This document shows, in pieces, positions 24,101 to 34,821 of a stretch of 64,000 nucleotides of DNA. Position 1 is the first letter of the stretch. Every line of letters begins with the position of its first letter. The position numbers and the translations under genes were made by a program. Source of the stretch: Bilabrum cf. latius (Eukaryota); assembly GCA_965178125.1 (NCBI GenBank), contig OZ237751.1, positions 186,001-250,000 on the forward strand, given 5' to 3'. The notes beneath the pieces were generated by a model. It did not search any database, was not told the origin of the DNA, and saw only the letters and a program-made list of their open reading frames with translations.

Positions 24101-27100
24101 CATCACCGAGCACGTGACGGTGGGCGTGGAGGTGCGGCCGCACCCCACCATCCCGCTGGCCACCGTGCTCGTGGTCACGGAGCACGCACAGCGGCCCACG
24201 CCCGCCCCGAGGCTGGTGGTGGCGCAGACGGCCGTCACGGACCGCGCTGCCCGCCATGAGCACGCCGTGCTCGGCCAGTCGGGGAGCAGGCGCTCCGACG
24301 GGGAGGTCCTCAAGGCGCTCCGCAGCAGGCTCGAGCTCGCGCGGCTGTCTGCGGAGCAGCACCGGCTGGAGGACGGCGGTCGCGGCAGCAGCGGTGGGGG
24401 CGGCGGGTCGGGAATCGCGGCTCCACTCGCTGCGGTCCCCGCCCCCGCCTCTTCCAGCGGAGGAGATCCCCTTTGGTGCATCGAGAACCGGAGCAGGTCC
24501 TACCTGAGGCTGTCGGTGGTCATCGAGGAGCCTGACGCCCCGCTGCACGTCTTCATCAAGCCGGGGCAGCGGTGCCCCGTCGGCGCGTGGAAGCTGCAGG
24601 CGGACGGCGGCGCGGGTATCGCGGGGTCCACTGTGTTCTCCCTATCGGGTCGCCACTGCTCCACGTTCACGCCGGCCGAGCTGGAGGTCGATGGGCTCGT
24701 GTCTGCGGCGCGCGAATCGCTGGCGATGGGAAGCCGGTCTGACTCCCTGCAGCAGGGCGGCTCCTCGGGCGGGTCGAGCGAGAAGCCCACGAACGACTGC
24801 GTGACGAGGGAGAGACTCGGCGGGATGACCCCGTGCACGGAGGGATTCGGCCCCGCGGTGCACCTGGACATCAGCGTCAGGGGTGAGCAGTCTCCGCTGC
24901 TCGTGGGCTTGCACGCCCAGGACAAGGTCGTGTTCGAGGGCACGGGCGGGAGCGGGGGCCAGGGCGGCCGCAGGCGGATCGTCGCCATGCCTCTGCTGTG
25001 CAGGTGCGCCGTCAGGCATGAGGGCCAGAAGCGGGCGATCGTGGTGGTGGACGCCACCCGCACGGCCCAGCTGTGCGCCGCCGAGCACCTGTATCAGGGG
25101 CTGCAGCTCAAGGCGGAGCACTTTGCCGCGAGCACTCGGGTGCAGGGGGGCAGGGATGCCCTGGAGCGTGCGCTGAACGCCTGCGTGCGGTCTGCGAGGG
25201 GGCAGCTGGTGGGCGCCGGCCCGGGGGAGACGTGGGAGCTGTACGGCTCCCTGCAGCTCGCCGCTGCCAGCCTGTCCCTGATCGACTACAGGCCGCAGGA
25301 GGTCGCCCTCGTGTCGGCGCACGGGCTCCGAATCGACGCGACCGTCAACCGAAGAGAGGTCGCCCTCAAGACGCGCCTGGACCACTACCAGGTGGACGAC
25401 ATGGACCACAACGCCAAGTTCCCAGTGATGCTGTGCCCCGTGGGGAGGGAGAGGGGGTGGCTGCCGGCCGCACTCCGACCCGACGCGGCCCCCGGCGCCA
25501 TTGACTTTCCCGTGCTCGTGGCGGCGCTTCGCGTGGACCTGAGCGGCACGGACCTGGTGTTGAGCAACGGTGGGGTGTCGGTGAAGCCTATCCGCGTGAT
25601 GGTTGCCTACGACATCTTCCGCCGCGCGGCCGTGATCATCGACTCGGCCAACCGGGCCGTGGGCCAGCAGCGGTCCAAGACCAAGATGGCTGACAGCCTC
25701 GCGAGCCGGACGGGGGCTTCCCCCCCTGCCTCTCCCTCTCCCTCTGTGGCACACGGAAGGGCAGGTGCAGGCGCGGCGGCAACTCCCCGGCGGCACGGTG
25801 GGTCGGGCCGAAGCGTCAGCTGGGCCAGCGCCGGCGAGGCGGGCGGGCAGTCCCCGGCCAGGTCCGCTTCTGCGTCCATCAGGGGTGGCGGCAGCGCCCC
25901 GTTCCAGCAGGTGTCCCCGGACCCCGACATGGCAGAGGACGGGCCCGTGGAGCCGCGGCCTGCCGAGTCCTTCCGGATCAACTATCATCTGCTCGAGGGG
26001 AGTCCCGACGGTGGAGGCAGGCCCGCGGAGCTCAACCGATACATCCCGTTCCAAGGCCGAGCCGGCGGCCGCGCCGCCCTGCTCGACCTCGAGGCCGCCA
26101 CGACGGACGCGTCCTTCGGACAGGACTACTCGATCGAGGCGTGCAGCGCGCGGCTGGCCACCGAGCTGGACGCCTGCGCGCTCCCGCTGCAGGACCCTGT
26201 GGTCATTTCCAACCGCAAGGCACTGGCGCGCGACGAGGTCCCGAGGCCTCCACCCCCACCCGCGGCGGACACGGAAGGGGGCGTCACACCTTCCGCGCTG
26301 GAAGGAGCCGCTGGCCCCGCGTCCGGCGCCGGCACCGGCGCGCCGTCCGTCGCTTCCCCGTCCCCCGGCACGTCGGCCCGCTCGGGCCGCTCCAGCCGCG
26401 CCGAGGAGGCCTTCCGCGCGCTCGAGGACGAGATCACGCCCTCGGACCAGGCCGTGCTGCTGACCACGGGCAAGCCGCTGGCAGGGGTGGTGCAGGCGCA
26501 GAACGCCACGCTCCGGTTTGCGCAGGCGATGCGGTACGACGGAGAGGCGGCACACGCGGTGACAGCCATGCGCAGCTTTACTGGGTACTCTGGCGACCTG
26601 TACAGCCCCTCGGACCCCGCGGTGTGCATGCACGCCGAGGCCACGCTGGGGGCGTCCATCGCTACCGTGGCGGCGGGCGTGGCGCAGGCGCTGGGGGGAG
26701 CCGGCGTGGGATCGGCCCCAGCGCTGCAGGCCAGCTCCACGGCCGTGCGTGTGGTGTGCCTCAAGTTCGACGAGCTGGAGGTGGTGCTGTCCTACTCGAG
26801 CGTGGCCACGGGAGACGACAGCGAGAAGGGCCTCCCGCGGGACGTGGCGGAGAAGAAGAGACAGAGGGAGGTGCAGGCGCTGGGGCGGGTCTCGCCGGCG
26901 CTCCCGCAGGTGCACGGCATCCTGGACAGGCTCCCACTGGACGTGCCGATCCTCTCGCTGCGGGTGCCGAACAAGGCCTTCGCCACCACGGAGCCCAAGC
27001 CAGTGGGGCAGACCGCGGAGGCGTACGCGGGGTTCGTGCAGGGGGCCATCCGGTCTGCCATCCCCGAGGCTGCGGCGCAGGCGCTGCTGGGCTCGACCGC

Positions 27101-28106
27101 CACGCACCGGCTCCAGGCCCGGCTTCGGTCCCGGGACGCTAGCTTCGGCAAGGTCGCAGGGAACGCAGTGGCGGGCACGGTGGAGGCCGTGTCTGGCATC
27201 ACGGCGGCGGCGGGCCGCGTGACGGGCACGCTTGGCAAGGGGATCGGCAAGGTGCTGCAGGACGAGGACCTCATGAGGAGACAGGCAGAGGCGGACGACA
27301 GGGACCTGGGGAGCAACGCCGCCTCGGGTGTGGCCTACGGGCTGTACAACATCGGGGAGGGGGTTGCGACGGGGGTGTTCGGGCTGTTCGCGACCCCCAT
27401 CCAGGGGGCCATGGAGGGGGGATTCTAGGGGTTCGCCCAGGGGGTGGGCAAAGGGGCGGCGGGCCTGGTGGCCAGACCCGTGGCGGGCACTCTGCGCGGC
27501 GTGCAGTCCGTGATGACGGGGGTGAGCAACACGATGAACGACGTCGCGGTGGCTGGCGGGGGCGGCTCGGGGGACAGCCGGCCCCCCAGCCGGCTGTTCG
27601 AGCAGAGCAAGGGCAGGGCCAGGCTGAGGAGGGCCTTCATAGGGGAGGGGCTGGCGCTGCACTCGTACGACCTAGGGTCGGCCGTGGTGCAGATGCATCT
27701 GCCCACCGTCCCGCTGCCGGAGGGGGGGTCCGGGATCGGGCCCGGGACAACGGCAGCGGCTTCAGGCGCGCTAGGGGACGAGGAGGTGCTGGAGGGCGTG
27801 CTGGGGGAGGCAGGCACCTCCAAGCTGCTGGCCATGACGAGCCTGCGGGCCTTGGAATTCGACGCGAACGGCGTGGTCATCAAGCAGTTCCTCTGGAGGG
27901 ACGTCGCGCGCGCGTGGGTGGATGGTGGCAGCGTCGTGGTGCGATTCAAGGCGGCCGGCGGGCTGGAGCCAGGGTCTGCGGACCAAGACGAGGTAACGCT
28001 TGTCATATCAGACGCTACGGGTCCCGCTGCTGAGAGGGAAGCGAAAAAGTGCTTGGAGCAGCTCGAAGGTGTCCGAAAGCGCCATGTAGACGAGTTGTCG
28101 GAATGA
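9144..28106 (+). CDS. VPS13: VPS13 family bridge-like lipid transfer protein, ~6,281 aa; join(9144..9179,9297..28106); 23 in-frame TAG
   Basis: Chorein-N start AL*EQLGQYVVGLKPEALSLSVMSGQVRLVDLEVRPEALDGLGLPVKVVSGSIG, ARAWWWYAV, WEPALQEPW and WEPLLEPF repeats, VAB-type VTVRSSL*VHNHT and RPPLTVTNLLPLPL, YQVDDMDHNAKFPVML, and ATG2_C-like PIQGAMEGGF*GFAQGVGKGAAGLVARPVAG. All ORF pieces from 9363 to 27444 are in one frame, separated only by TAG, and end at TGA 28104-28106. Confidence 0.92.
9180..9296 (+). other. Spliceosomal intron of VPS13 (117 nt, phase 0)
   Basis: Donor GTGAGG at 9180 and acceptor cttcgCAG ending 9296 join MVDALAKHYLFL in frame to the Chorein-N motif. Confidence 0.7.
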
Positions 28107-28400
28107 TGCGAAGAACTGCGCTGGAATTCAAATTTCTCATTTGTTATCTACCTGCCAGCTACCGACGACAGGGGCATACATACGGCCACGTCCGGACCTC
28201 CGAAGCGAAAACCGAAGCGCACGGGCGATATTGCAAACAAACCCTCGGCGGATTGCCACCCAAGCTCGAAGCGGCGGTCTTGCACAATCTGAGCCGCACG
28301 AAAGACACTTGTCGCGACCGCATCCACCAAATAGGGTACATCATTCTCAAGAAGAAATAATATTTGGTATGTATTTACATGATCACCTTCGCCTCATAGC

Positions 28401-28472
28401 GTACATGTGGCGCAGTGGAAGCGCACTTGATTTCGGTTCAAGGGGTCCCGGGATCGAACCCCGGCATGTATT
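28401..28472 (+). tRNA. tRNA-Arg (anticodon TCG)
   Basis: Cloverleaf: acceptor GTACATG/CATGTAT, D-arm GCGC-AGTGGAA-GCGC, anticodon arm CTTGA-TTTCGGT-TCAAG, T-arm CCGGG-ATCGAAC-CCCGG, followed by a T-run (Pol III terminator). Confidence 0.85.
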
Positions 28473-28730
28473 TTTATTTATTCTTGTATGCCACAGCGAC
28501 ACCTTCAACCCAACTGGCTAGATGCTGCGTCGTCACACAGCTTATTGCCTGGAACATGCTGTGCCTTGCACATCATCCTTAAGCTATGGGGCGCGGTATT
28601 TTCGACGGCAAATCTTTGACCGATGGAGGTTGGGCTCGGCTGGCAGCGGAACACCCACCCCCCCCCCCCCCCTGGAGCTGGCCCAAGGGGTTGCGAAATC
28701 AGGGCCGCGATGACTCTCATGTCTTCATGG

Positions 28731-28821
28731 GGGATCGGTCTGGCGGGATCGGTCTGGCGGGATCGGTCTGGCGGGATCGGTCTGGCGGGATCGGTCTGGC
28801 GGGATCGGTCTGGCGGGATCG
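28731..28821. repeat. 14-bp tandem repeat (GGGATCGGTCTGGC) x6.5
   Basis: Identical units start at 28731, 28745, 28759, 28773, 28787 and 28801, with a partial unit at 28815. Confidence 0.95.
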
Positions 28822-29281
28822 TGATGCCAGTACCGACGCCTGCAGATCTTCAGTGGAGAGCAGGGCCGTGCGCTTGCTTGCTGCAACCAATTGCGGTCAG
28901 GGAGGGACCACAGGCATGAAGCAGCCCAGACCCCTGGTGCAGACAGGCGACCCAGATGGATGCGCAGCGCAGAGAGAGAGAAGTAGGGGGGTAACCAGAC
29001 CCTGCAATGGGACCCACACACGCCTCGCTCATTGGTTGTCTTCCCCCATTATATATTATAGACTGACCCACAAAGGACGGGGTGCTCGGCTCGAAGAAGT
29101 GCAAGTTGCCCCAGCGGTGGTGATACCCGACGGGGTCGACCGACCGCGGTGGATAGTAACATAAACGCAGATAATGCAGCCAAGGCAACAAAGAAAGTCG
29201 AACGGTACTGCGGCTCCTGCGCAAGAAAGTAGTACTATACAATACTTAAAGTGTTTATTGATTATTAGGTCGGCCGGGTAA

Positions 29282-29354
29282 ACCCTCTTAGCTCAGTTGG
29301 TAGAGCGGGCGACTTTTAATCGCCAAGCCGCGGGATCAAGACCCGCAGGGGGTG
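29282..29354 (+). tRNA. tRNA-Lys (anticodon TTT)
   Basis: Acceptor ACCCTCT/AGGGGGT, D-arm GCTC-AGTTGGTA-GAGC, anticodon arm GGCGA-CTTTTAA-TCGCC, T-arm GCGGG-ATCAAGA-CCCGC, T-runs downstream. Confidence 0.92.
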
Positions 29355-29759
29355 TGTTCCTTTTAATATTTCTTTTTTGCACAGTTACTCGCTTGTGGTG
29401 CATTCTATGCTTCGAAAGAGTTGCAAATCAGGACTAGCGTTGTTAGGCGAACGCTGAAGCGCAGAGGTTTTCGTGTCGTAGAAGTAGATGCACTCGATCG
29501 GCGATGACTAGGGTGCCGCATTCCGCGAGAAACGAGGACATATCTACGCACAATAAATCCTACAGATAGCAATTGGCTTTACTGGCGGGGCTTCCGCGAC
29601 CTTTTCCCATATGTGACGGCTGTGATGCTTCAAGATCGTCCATCTGCCAGAGCTGCTGGTCCTCCTCCTGCTTACATACAGCCTTTCTGGCAGCCACTTA
29701 GAGCCAGTTGACTATCTAGCAGCCACTCGATCGACATCCACTGGCACCTTCTTCCACCA

Positions 29760-32279
29760 TCACGATCGCGTCTCGTCCTAGCTGCGACCCACTGCTCGCT
29801 AGGGGCTGGCGCTCGACTGGGGCAGTTCCAACGCCACGCCCTACCGCTGGCCCGAGCTCGAATCGGGCTGCCCCTCCCCGCCAGCTCGCTGCAGCCTGAC
29901 GCTTTCGGCCGCAGCTGCCAGGGCCCCGCCCAGTCCCGGATCAGTAGACAGGTCGGAGCCTCTGGCCTCTCCCGCCAGACCTAGGTCCGAACACCCGTCC
30001 GCTCCACTGGCAGCGAATCCCCCCGCAAGTGCCGGGTCGCCAGCTGCCCCTGCCCCTACCCCTGCCCCTGCCCCTGCCCCTGCCCACGCCAGGCCGGCGC
30101 CTAGCTCCTCGTCCTCGTCGTCCAGCGGGGCTTGGTACAGCTCGCACCCGCACGTCGCCCTGCAGCACAACTCGAGCGGCCCCTACCACAGACCAAAGCA
30201 CCGATACCCCCACAGCACGTCCGACAGCACACCGAGCAGCCCGAACGCGATGCACATCGCAACGATGGACCCAGGCGCCACCTCGTGGTACGACATGACC
30301 ATGGAGATCCCTGCGGCAAGCACGAAGAACGCCGACAGGATCTAGAACCGGCGGTGCACCCGCCAGGCACCCGCTCTCGCGACGATCTCCTCGCTGACCG
30401 CCACCGTGCCACCGCCCGTGCTCGCGGCGGCCGACACCTGCCGCCTAAGAGCAGCCCGGGCCAGGTCGGCCTCGAAGTTCGGCTCCTTCTCCTTCTCCCT
30501 CTCCCTCTCGGTCTGCTGCCTCATCCCGGCGGGTTCCCCCGGGCCCCCCTGGTGGTGGCTGAGGGTGTCGGGCAGCCGTCCCTGGGCCTGGATCCGGACC
30601 GCGTGGCTGCCGAACGGGCTGCTGCCGGCGTCTTCGCTGCCTGCTTGAGTCACGTTCCGGCGGTGCACGGGCGGTGGCTCACTCTTGTCACCCCTTACGT
30701 GGGAACTGCTTGACCCCCCCGGGGGCCCCCCCGGTGGGGTCTCTCCACCCCTTAGCGAAGAGGGGGGGCCGAGGGGTGAGGGCAAGAAGGGCGCTCCCAG
30801 GAAGCTCCCCGTCCTAAGCTGCCGCGTGATCTCCTGCTCCATGTGCTCGTGGGCCTGCCGCCTCTCCCTGGCCCCCGCCGCGCCCAGCACGATCACCCCA
30901 GCCATGCCGCACCACACGATGATGGCGTAGACGGTGGCCATGAACTTGTCTCCGAACCGCAGCCCGGCAGAGGGAGGCCCCTGGTCCGACGCGGTCGCGT
31001 GGAACAGCACGGCAGCCGTCAATCCGGAGCTGAAAAGGATCACGCGGCTGGTTGCGTTTGGCGGTCCCACCGCCAGCGCAAGCAGCTGCACCAAGGCTAT
31101 AAACGCGGGCGGCAGCACGAAGCGCACGAAGCGGGCGGCGGGGGATCTCTGCAGCGTGAGCGTGGCGGTGAACCGCGAAAAGTAGGCCGTCTTGGAGGAC
31201 GGGTCCGAGGAGAAGAAAGAGGCGGAGGAGGAAGGGGAGGGTGGTGACCCGAAGAACGAGAAGGGGGCGACGACATGCCCGCCACCCGTCGGCCGCTCCT
31301 GCTGCTCAGGAGTCGCCACCGGCACAGTGTCGATGCTGATGCTGGCCGCCTCAGACTGGTCACCACCTCGCGGCTGCTGAGGGCCCCCCCAACTTCTGTG
31401 CGCACCCAGCACGGAGTCGCGGTCCTAGTCCGCTGGCGCCGCCAGGATGCCCGTGTACTTGGTGAGCACGACGTCCGAGCTCGCTCTCTCCACCTTCCAG
31501 CCGGCGGCGGTGAGTGTGGGTGACACCACGGGTCCGCTCTGCGGGCTGAACTGCAGCGACGCGTTCGAACGTCGCGGGTCCTCCACGATGATGCGCAGCT
31601 GCTGCTGCTCGAACGGCCATAGTTTGTATTCTGGCTTGTAGTAGAAAGTGCTCTTCACGCGGTACTGCTGCGTCGTGTTCCTGCTCGCCACAAACTTGTT
31701 CACAACCCGCACGGTGGGGAGCTTGGCCGCGTTCGGCAAGACGCTCTCGATGGCATCGGCCGCGGTGCACGTCTGGCCGCTCGGCGGACAGCTGCCCGTG
31801 TACGCTGATTGCCCTTGCGCCGCAGAAAAGAACAGATAAAAGTCCGCGTCGAACGTGCCGAAGTGCGGCTGCACGTTGGCAATGTTCAGCACGTACACGC
31901 CCACAAAGACGCGCTGGTCGTCGTTTGAATACGCATCCTGCAGGTCTCGACCGTGGCCCTTGGCATGAAAGGGATCTTGAAGCATCATATCCCAGTCGGG
32001 GCTTTCCGTGCCTGCGGTGCTGCCAACTGTTCCTAGCGCCGTCGTCGTCCCAAACTCGCCGGCATGTAAGACGGCGCTCAGCGCGCCAAGTGAGGCAAGC
32101 AGCATTGCGTAGGCCAATGGCGCGCCTCCGCACTTTGCCAAAGGCTTGGCTGCTCGCGAACATTGCGAGCGCAATAGTCCACCGTCGCGGTGGGTGTGGC
32201 CCGCCGGCAATGCTCGCGTGCCCGAACCGCTCTTGTAGAGCGGCTGCCTGTTCGGTTGGAATCCCGCCGGCCCGCGCAT
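29760..32279 (-). CDS. Cys-less (Pro-loop) pentameric ligand-gated ion channel subunit, copy 1; 6 in-frame TAG; start may instead be ATG 32105
   Basis: Signal-like MLLASLGALSAVLHAG, beta1-2 VFVGVYVLNIANVQPHFGTFDADFYLFF, Pro-loop YKLWPFEQQQLRIIVED with no flanking Cys pair, pre-M1/M1 FSRFTATLTLQRSPAARFVRFVLPPAFIALVQLLAL, M2 RVILFSSGLTAAVLFH, M3 FGDKFMATVYAIIVWCGMAGVIVL. TAG at 31425, 30342, 30183, 29841, 29799 and 29778; TGA at 29760. Confidence 0.85.
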
Positions 32280-33412
32280 GAGACACTGTGGCACTATGGA
32301 TTGTTTGCTCTGCCGTGCTTGGCCGACCCAACGAACTTGCTCTCTTGCGCTGGCACAGATATGCTTCAATCGCTTCAGGGTCGTGGAGTGTCCACCAACC
32401 TCATCACATGATGTGGCAGGCTGCCCCCGGCGGACCCCCGCCGGGGGCCCCCACTGGCACTTGTGGCCCCCAAAACTTCAAGTCATCCAAGGATTCGAGC
32501 CAAGTTGCATCTCCCAAGCGCGCGAGTGGTTGCCACTCCGCATGGATGATGTTGCACATATCAACTGTGGTACCGAATTGGCTCCCGCCTTGCGCGGCGG
32601 TACTACTAGTAGTAAGCCGAGCAAACGGATGACTGCAAGCCGCAGCCTAGCAGTAGGTGTTTGTTCGCGCGGTGGGTGCCCTAGCGATTCACCACCCGAC
32701 TTTGTGGGTACTGTGTAGCTTTCATAAGGCACATCGCTTCGTGTCGAGAGCCGCGGTAGCGAATGGGCCACCGGAACCGTCCCATGTAGGACGCACTTGG
32801 AGCACGTCGGCTGACTACGCCCTTGCGTTCAATGGTAGTGTACCGTTGCTATGGTTCAACTTGCAAAGGAGCCGAGTATCGGAATTACACGATTTTGCAG
32901 AGTATGGACCCCTGCGCGTCGTCCGAAGACGATCGGCTACCTCGTTGCGTTCGGTCTACTAGTAGCGTTGCTAAATTGAGCGTTGTGTTACACCTTATGT
33001 ACAATTCTGTATTGTCGCGGGTTTCATTTGCTGCACTGATACTGCTCAACGGAAGCGCAGCTCCGAGAGCAGCTAGCGATAGCCTCGCCGTTCCACCGAG
33101 GCTGAGCAGCGATCAGCCACTGGCAAGTACATGAGGATAATATATAGCAAAATCTGAACACACGCTCGAAGGGTCTCCGGGTCCGGAAAAGGACGAGGCG
33201 GCTCGATTAGGACACCCAGGCGGGTGATCCTGGTATCGAGCCCTTGCCAAGTCCGAAAAATCTGGAAAGGCCATGCCGGCAAGCCTCCCCGCGACACCCT
33301 TTGGGTTTGCGGCTGGAGGTGTGCCGTGCGCGCCGCACCGTGTCGATTCTTTTTTCCTTATCATCTTTCCCTCTCTCGAGATGTGTCCTCCCGGTCGAAG
33401 TAGCCTTCGCCC

Positions 33413-34040
33413 CAGACCTGAGAGGGGGGGGGGACACTGAGCGTGACACAGCGCCAGTTTGAGACCAAGTGCCGTGTGGGGCGGCGACTGTGCCTGCGGC
33501 TGCTCGGCAAGTACCTTCGGGAAGTAGGAGTACGTGACCCAGAGGCAACCGTGGCGGAGATTGCTGACGCGCTCGATCAGTGCCTGCCAAGCCACGACCT
33601 GGCAATGCAAGGTGAAGCCTATGAGGGTGAAGAGATACTGGGCGGGATGGAGGAGGATGACGCAGACGGGGCTGCGGCCGGGGAGGGTGGTGGTGACGGC
33701 CAGCTCTGAGCGCTATGGTGGTGAATCGACTGTGCTGGGGCAGCGGGTTCCTTGAGTTCAACTAACTGAATGATTTTCCATCTTTTATTTCTTCCATTTC
33801 ACGGCTAGTAGCCGATGCCCGAGAAATCGAGTATTACAGATTTAATGGTTACGTCAAGTTTTTACGAACTCTCCGCCATCGGCCCGAAGGAGGTAGAAGA
33901 TGGCACCATGTTACTCACAATCATCTGAAAAGCACGAATATGCCCTTAGATTTTATATTTGATGAGTGGAAGTGCCTTTTCGTGGGGGGGGGGGGGGCAG
34001 GGGGTCTCAGGAAGGTGTCCCCCCCCCCCTCTCAGGTCTG
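33413..34040. mobile_element. Non-autonomous TIR DNA transposon (hAT-like), 628 bp
   Basis: TIRs CAGACCTGAGA(G)10ACAC at 33413-33437 and GTGT(C)11TCTCAGGTCTG at 34015-34040. Perfect 8-bp TSD CTTCGCCC at 33405-33412 and 34041-34048. An 8-bp TSD with 5'-CAG ends is typical of hAT. Confidence 0.85.
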
Positions 34041-34126
34041 CTTCGCCCTTCGGGTGTGACTTCTTAGCCTGGGTAGCGTGTAGTTTGAATCACATAAATT
34101 TAGACTAGGCCTAGGCCTATCGTCTC

Positions 34127-34821
34127 ATCCCGAGTCAGACCCGGCAGCTAGGGAGAGGCAGTCCGGGAACAAGAGGAGGATTGACAAAGGCGACCGGTCG
34201 ACCCACAAGTTCAGGTCGATCGCGAAGAGGACCCAGGCCGTTTTCCAGGACTTTGTTGTTCTACCGACGGGGGGCCTGGGAAGTGGGGCGCGCGGGCTGC
34301 TGCGCCTGTTGGCCCGCATCCGTCGGAAGCGGGTGGGAGGGGCCCGTAGTTTGCCGGAGGAGGCCCAGATCAGGATCTGGGCGCGAGAGATCGCCAAAGG
34401 AGTTTCCATGCTGAGCGCATGCCGCACGATTCAATTCAACCTTAAGGTGCGGAACATGTGAGGAGTACGGGAAGTGAGAGTGGTGCAGGAAGCGGGTCCA
34501 GCAGGAGCTGTGGCCCCCGAGGCGGCGCAAGCGGCAGCACAAGCGGAGGTAGTGCAGGCTGCGAACCCGGCAGGAGTGCTACCAGCTGAAGGGGTTGGAG
34601 GCGCTGAGGACGAGGTAGATGGCCTTGACCCTGACCATGCCGGTCTTATACATCCCCCAGCACCTGCGGTGGGAGCTTCAGATGTGCAGAACCTCCACGG
34701 AGAAGCAGCACAGCTGGCAGCCCCCATGGCTTGAGCTGATCAGTGAGATGTTCCTCCCGGTCGAAGTAGCCTTTGGGTGACTTCTTAGCCTGGGTAGCGT
34801 GTAGTTTGAATCCCATAAATT
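34127..34821 (+). mobile_element. 5'-truncated non-LTR retrotransposon fragment (CRE/RLE-clade-like C-terminus plus 3' UTR)
   Basis: Flanked by a 9-bp direct repeat TATCGTCTC (34118-34126, 34822-34830). Translation HPESDPAARERQSGNKRRIDKGDRSTHKFRSIAKRTQAVFQDFVVLPTGGLGSGARGLLRLLARIR..WAREIAKGV resembles the HP..K..KY..F.PFVVET.GG.G..A..LL..LA tail of restriction-like-endonuclease retroelements. Internal TGA at 34459; the frame ends at TGA 34732. A second ~80-bp copy of its 3' end lies at 33378-34102, split by the TIR element. Confidence 0.65.

Noticed and set aside
24642-27662. 1006-aa minus-strand ORF and other long antisense or off-frame ORFs (e.g. 43872..45638, 4303..5730)
   Set aside because: These are shadow ORFs of GC-rich coding sequence on the other strand, with no recognisable motifs.
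1-28106. Pseudogenes or many small separate genes, as the ORF track implies
   Set aside because: Interruptions are only TAG, never TAA, TGA or frameshifts, over tens of kb, and domain order is intact; random decay would not do this.
9297-28106. TAGs as splice acceptors of tiny introns, pyrrolysine, or programmed read-through
   Set aside because: There are no consistent upstream donors and the frame is always preserved. 23 sites in one gene with varied context, often beside CAG, fit a general sense codon.
28401-29354. Suppressor tRNA(CUA) explaining the code
   Set aside because: The anticodons are TCG and TTT; I found no CTA-anticodon tRNA in this window.
29799-29801. UAG=Leu, suggested by TAG in copy 1 aligning with TTG in copy 2 (36882-36884)
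   Set aside because: It is one substitution in a variable tail whose neighbouring codon also changed. Poly-CAG contexts and conserved polar/Gln columns favour Gln. Not formally excluded without genome-wide alignment.
33129-33157. C/D-box snoRNA (ATGAGGA...CTGA)
   Set aside because: The boxes are under 30 nt apart and the C-like box is not kept in copy 2; better read as the TATA-like region.
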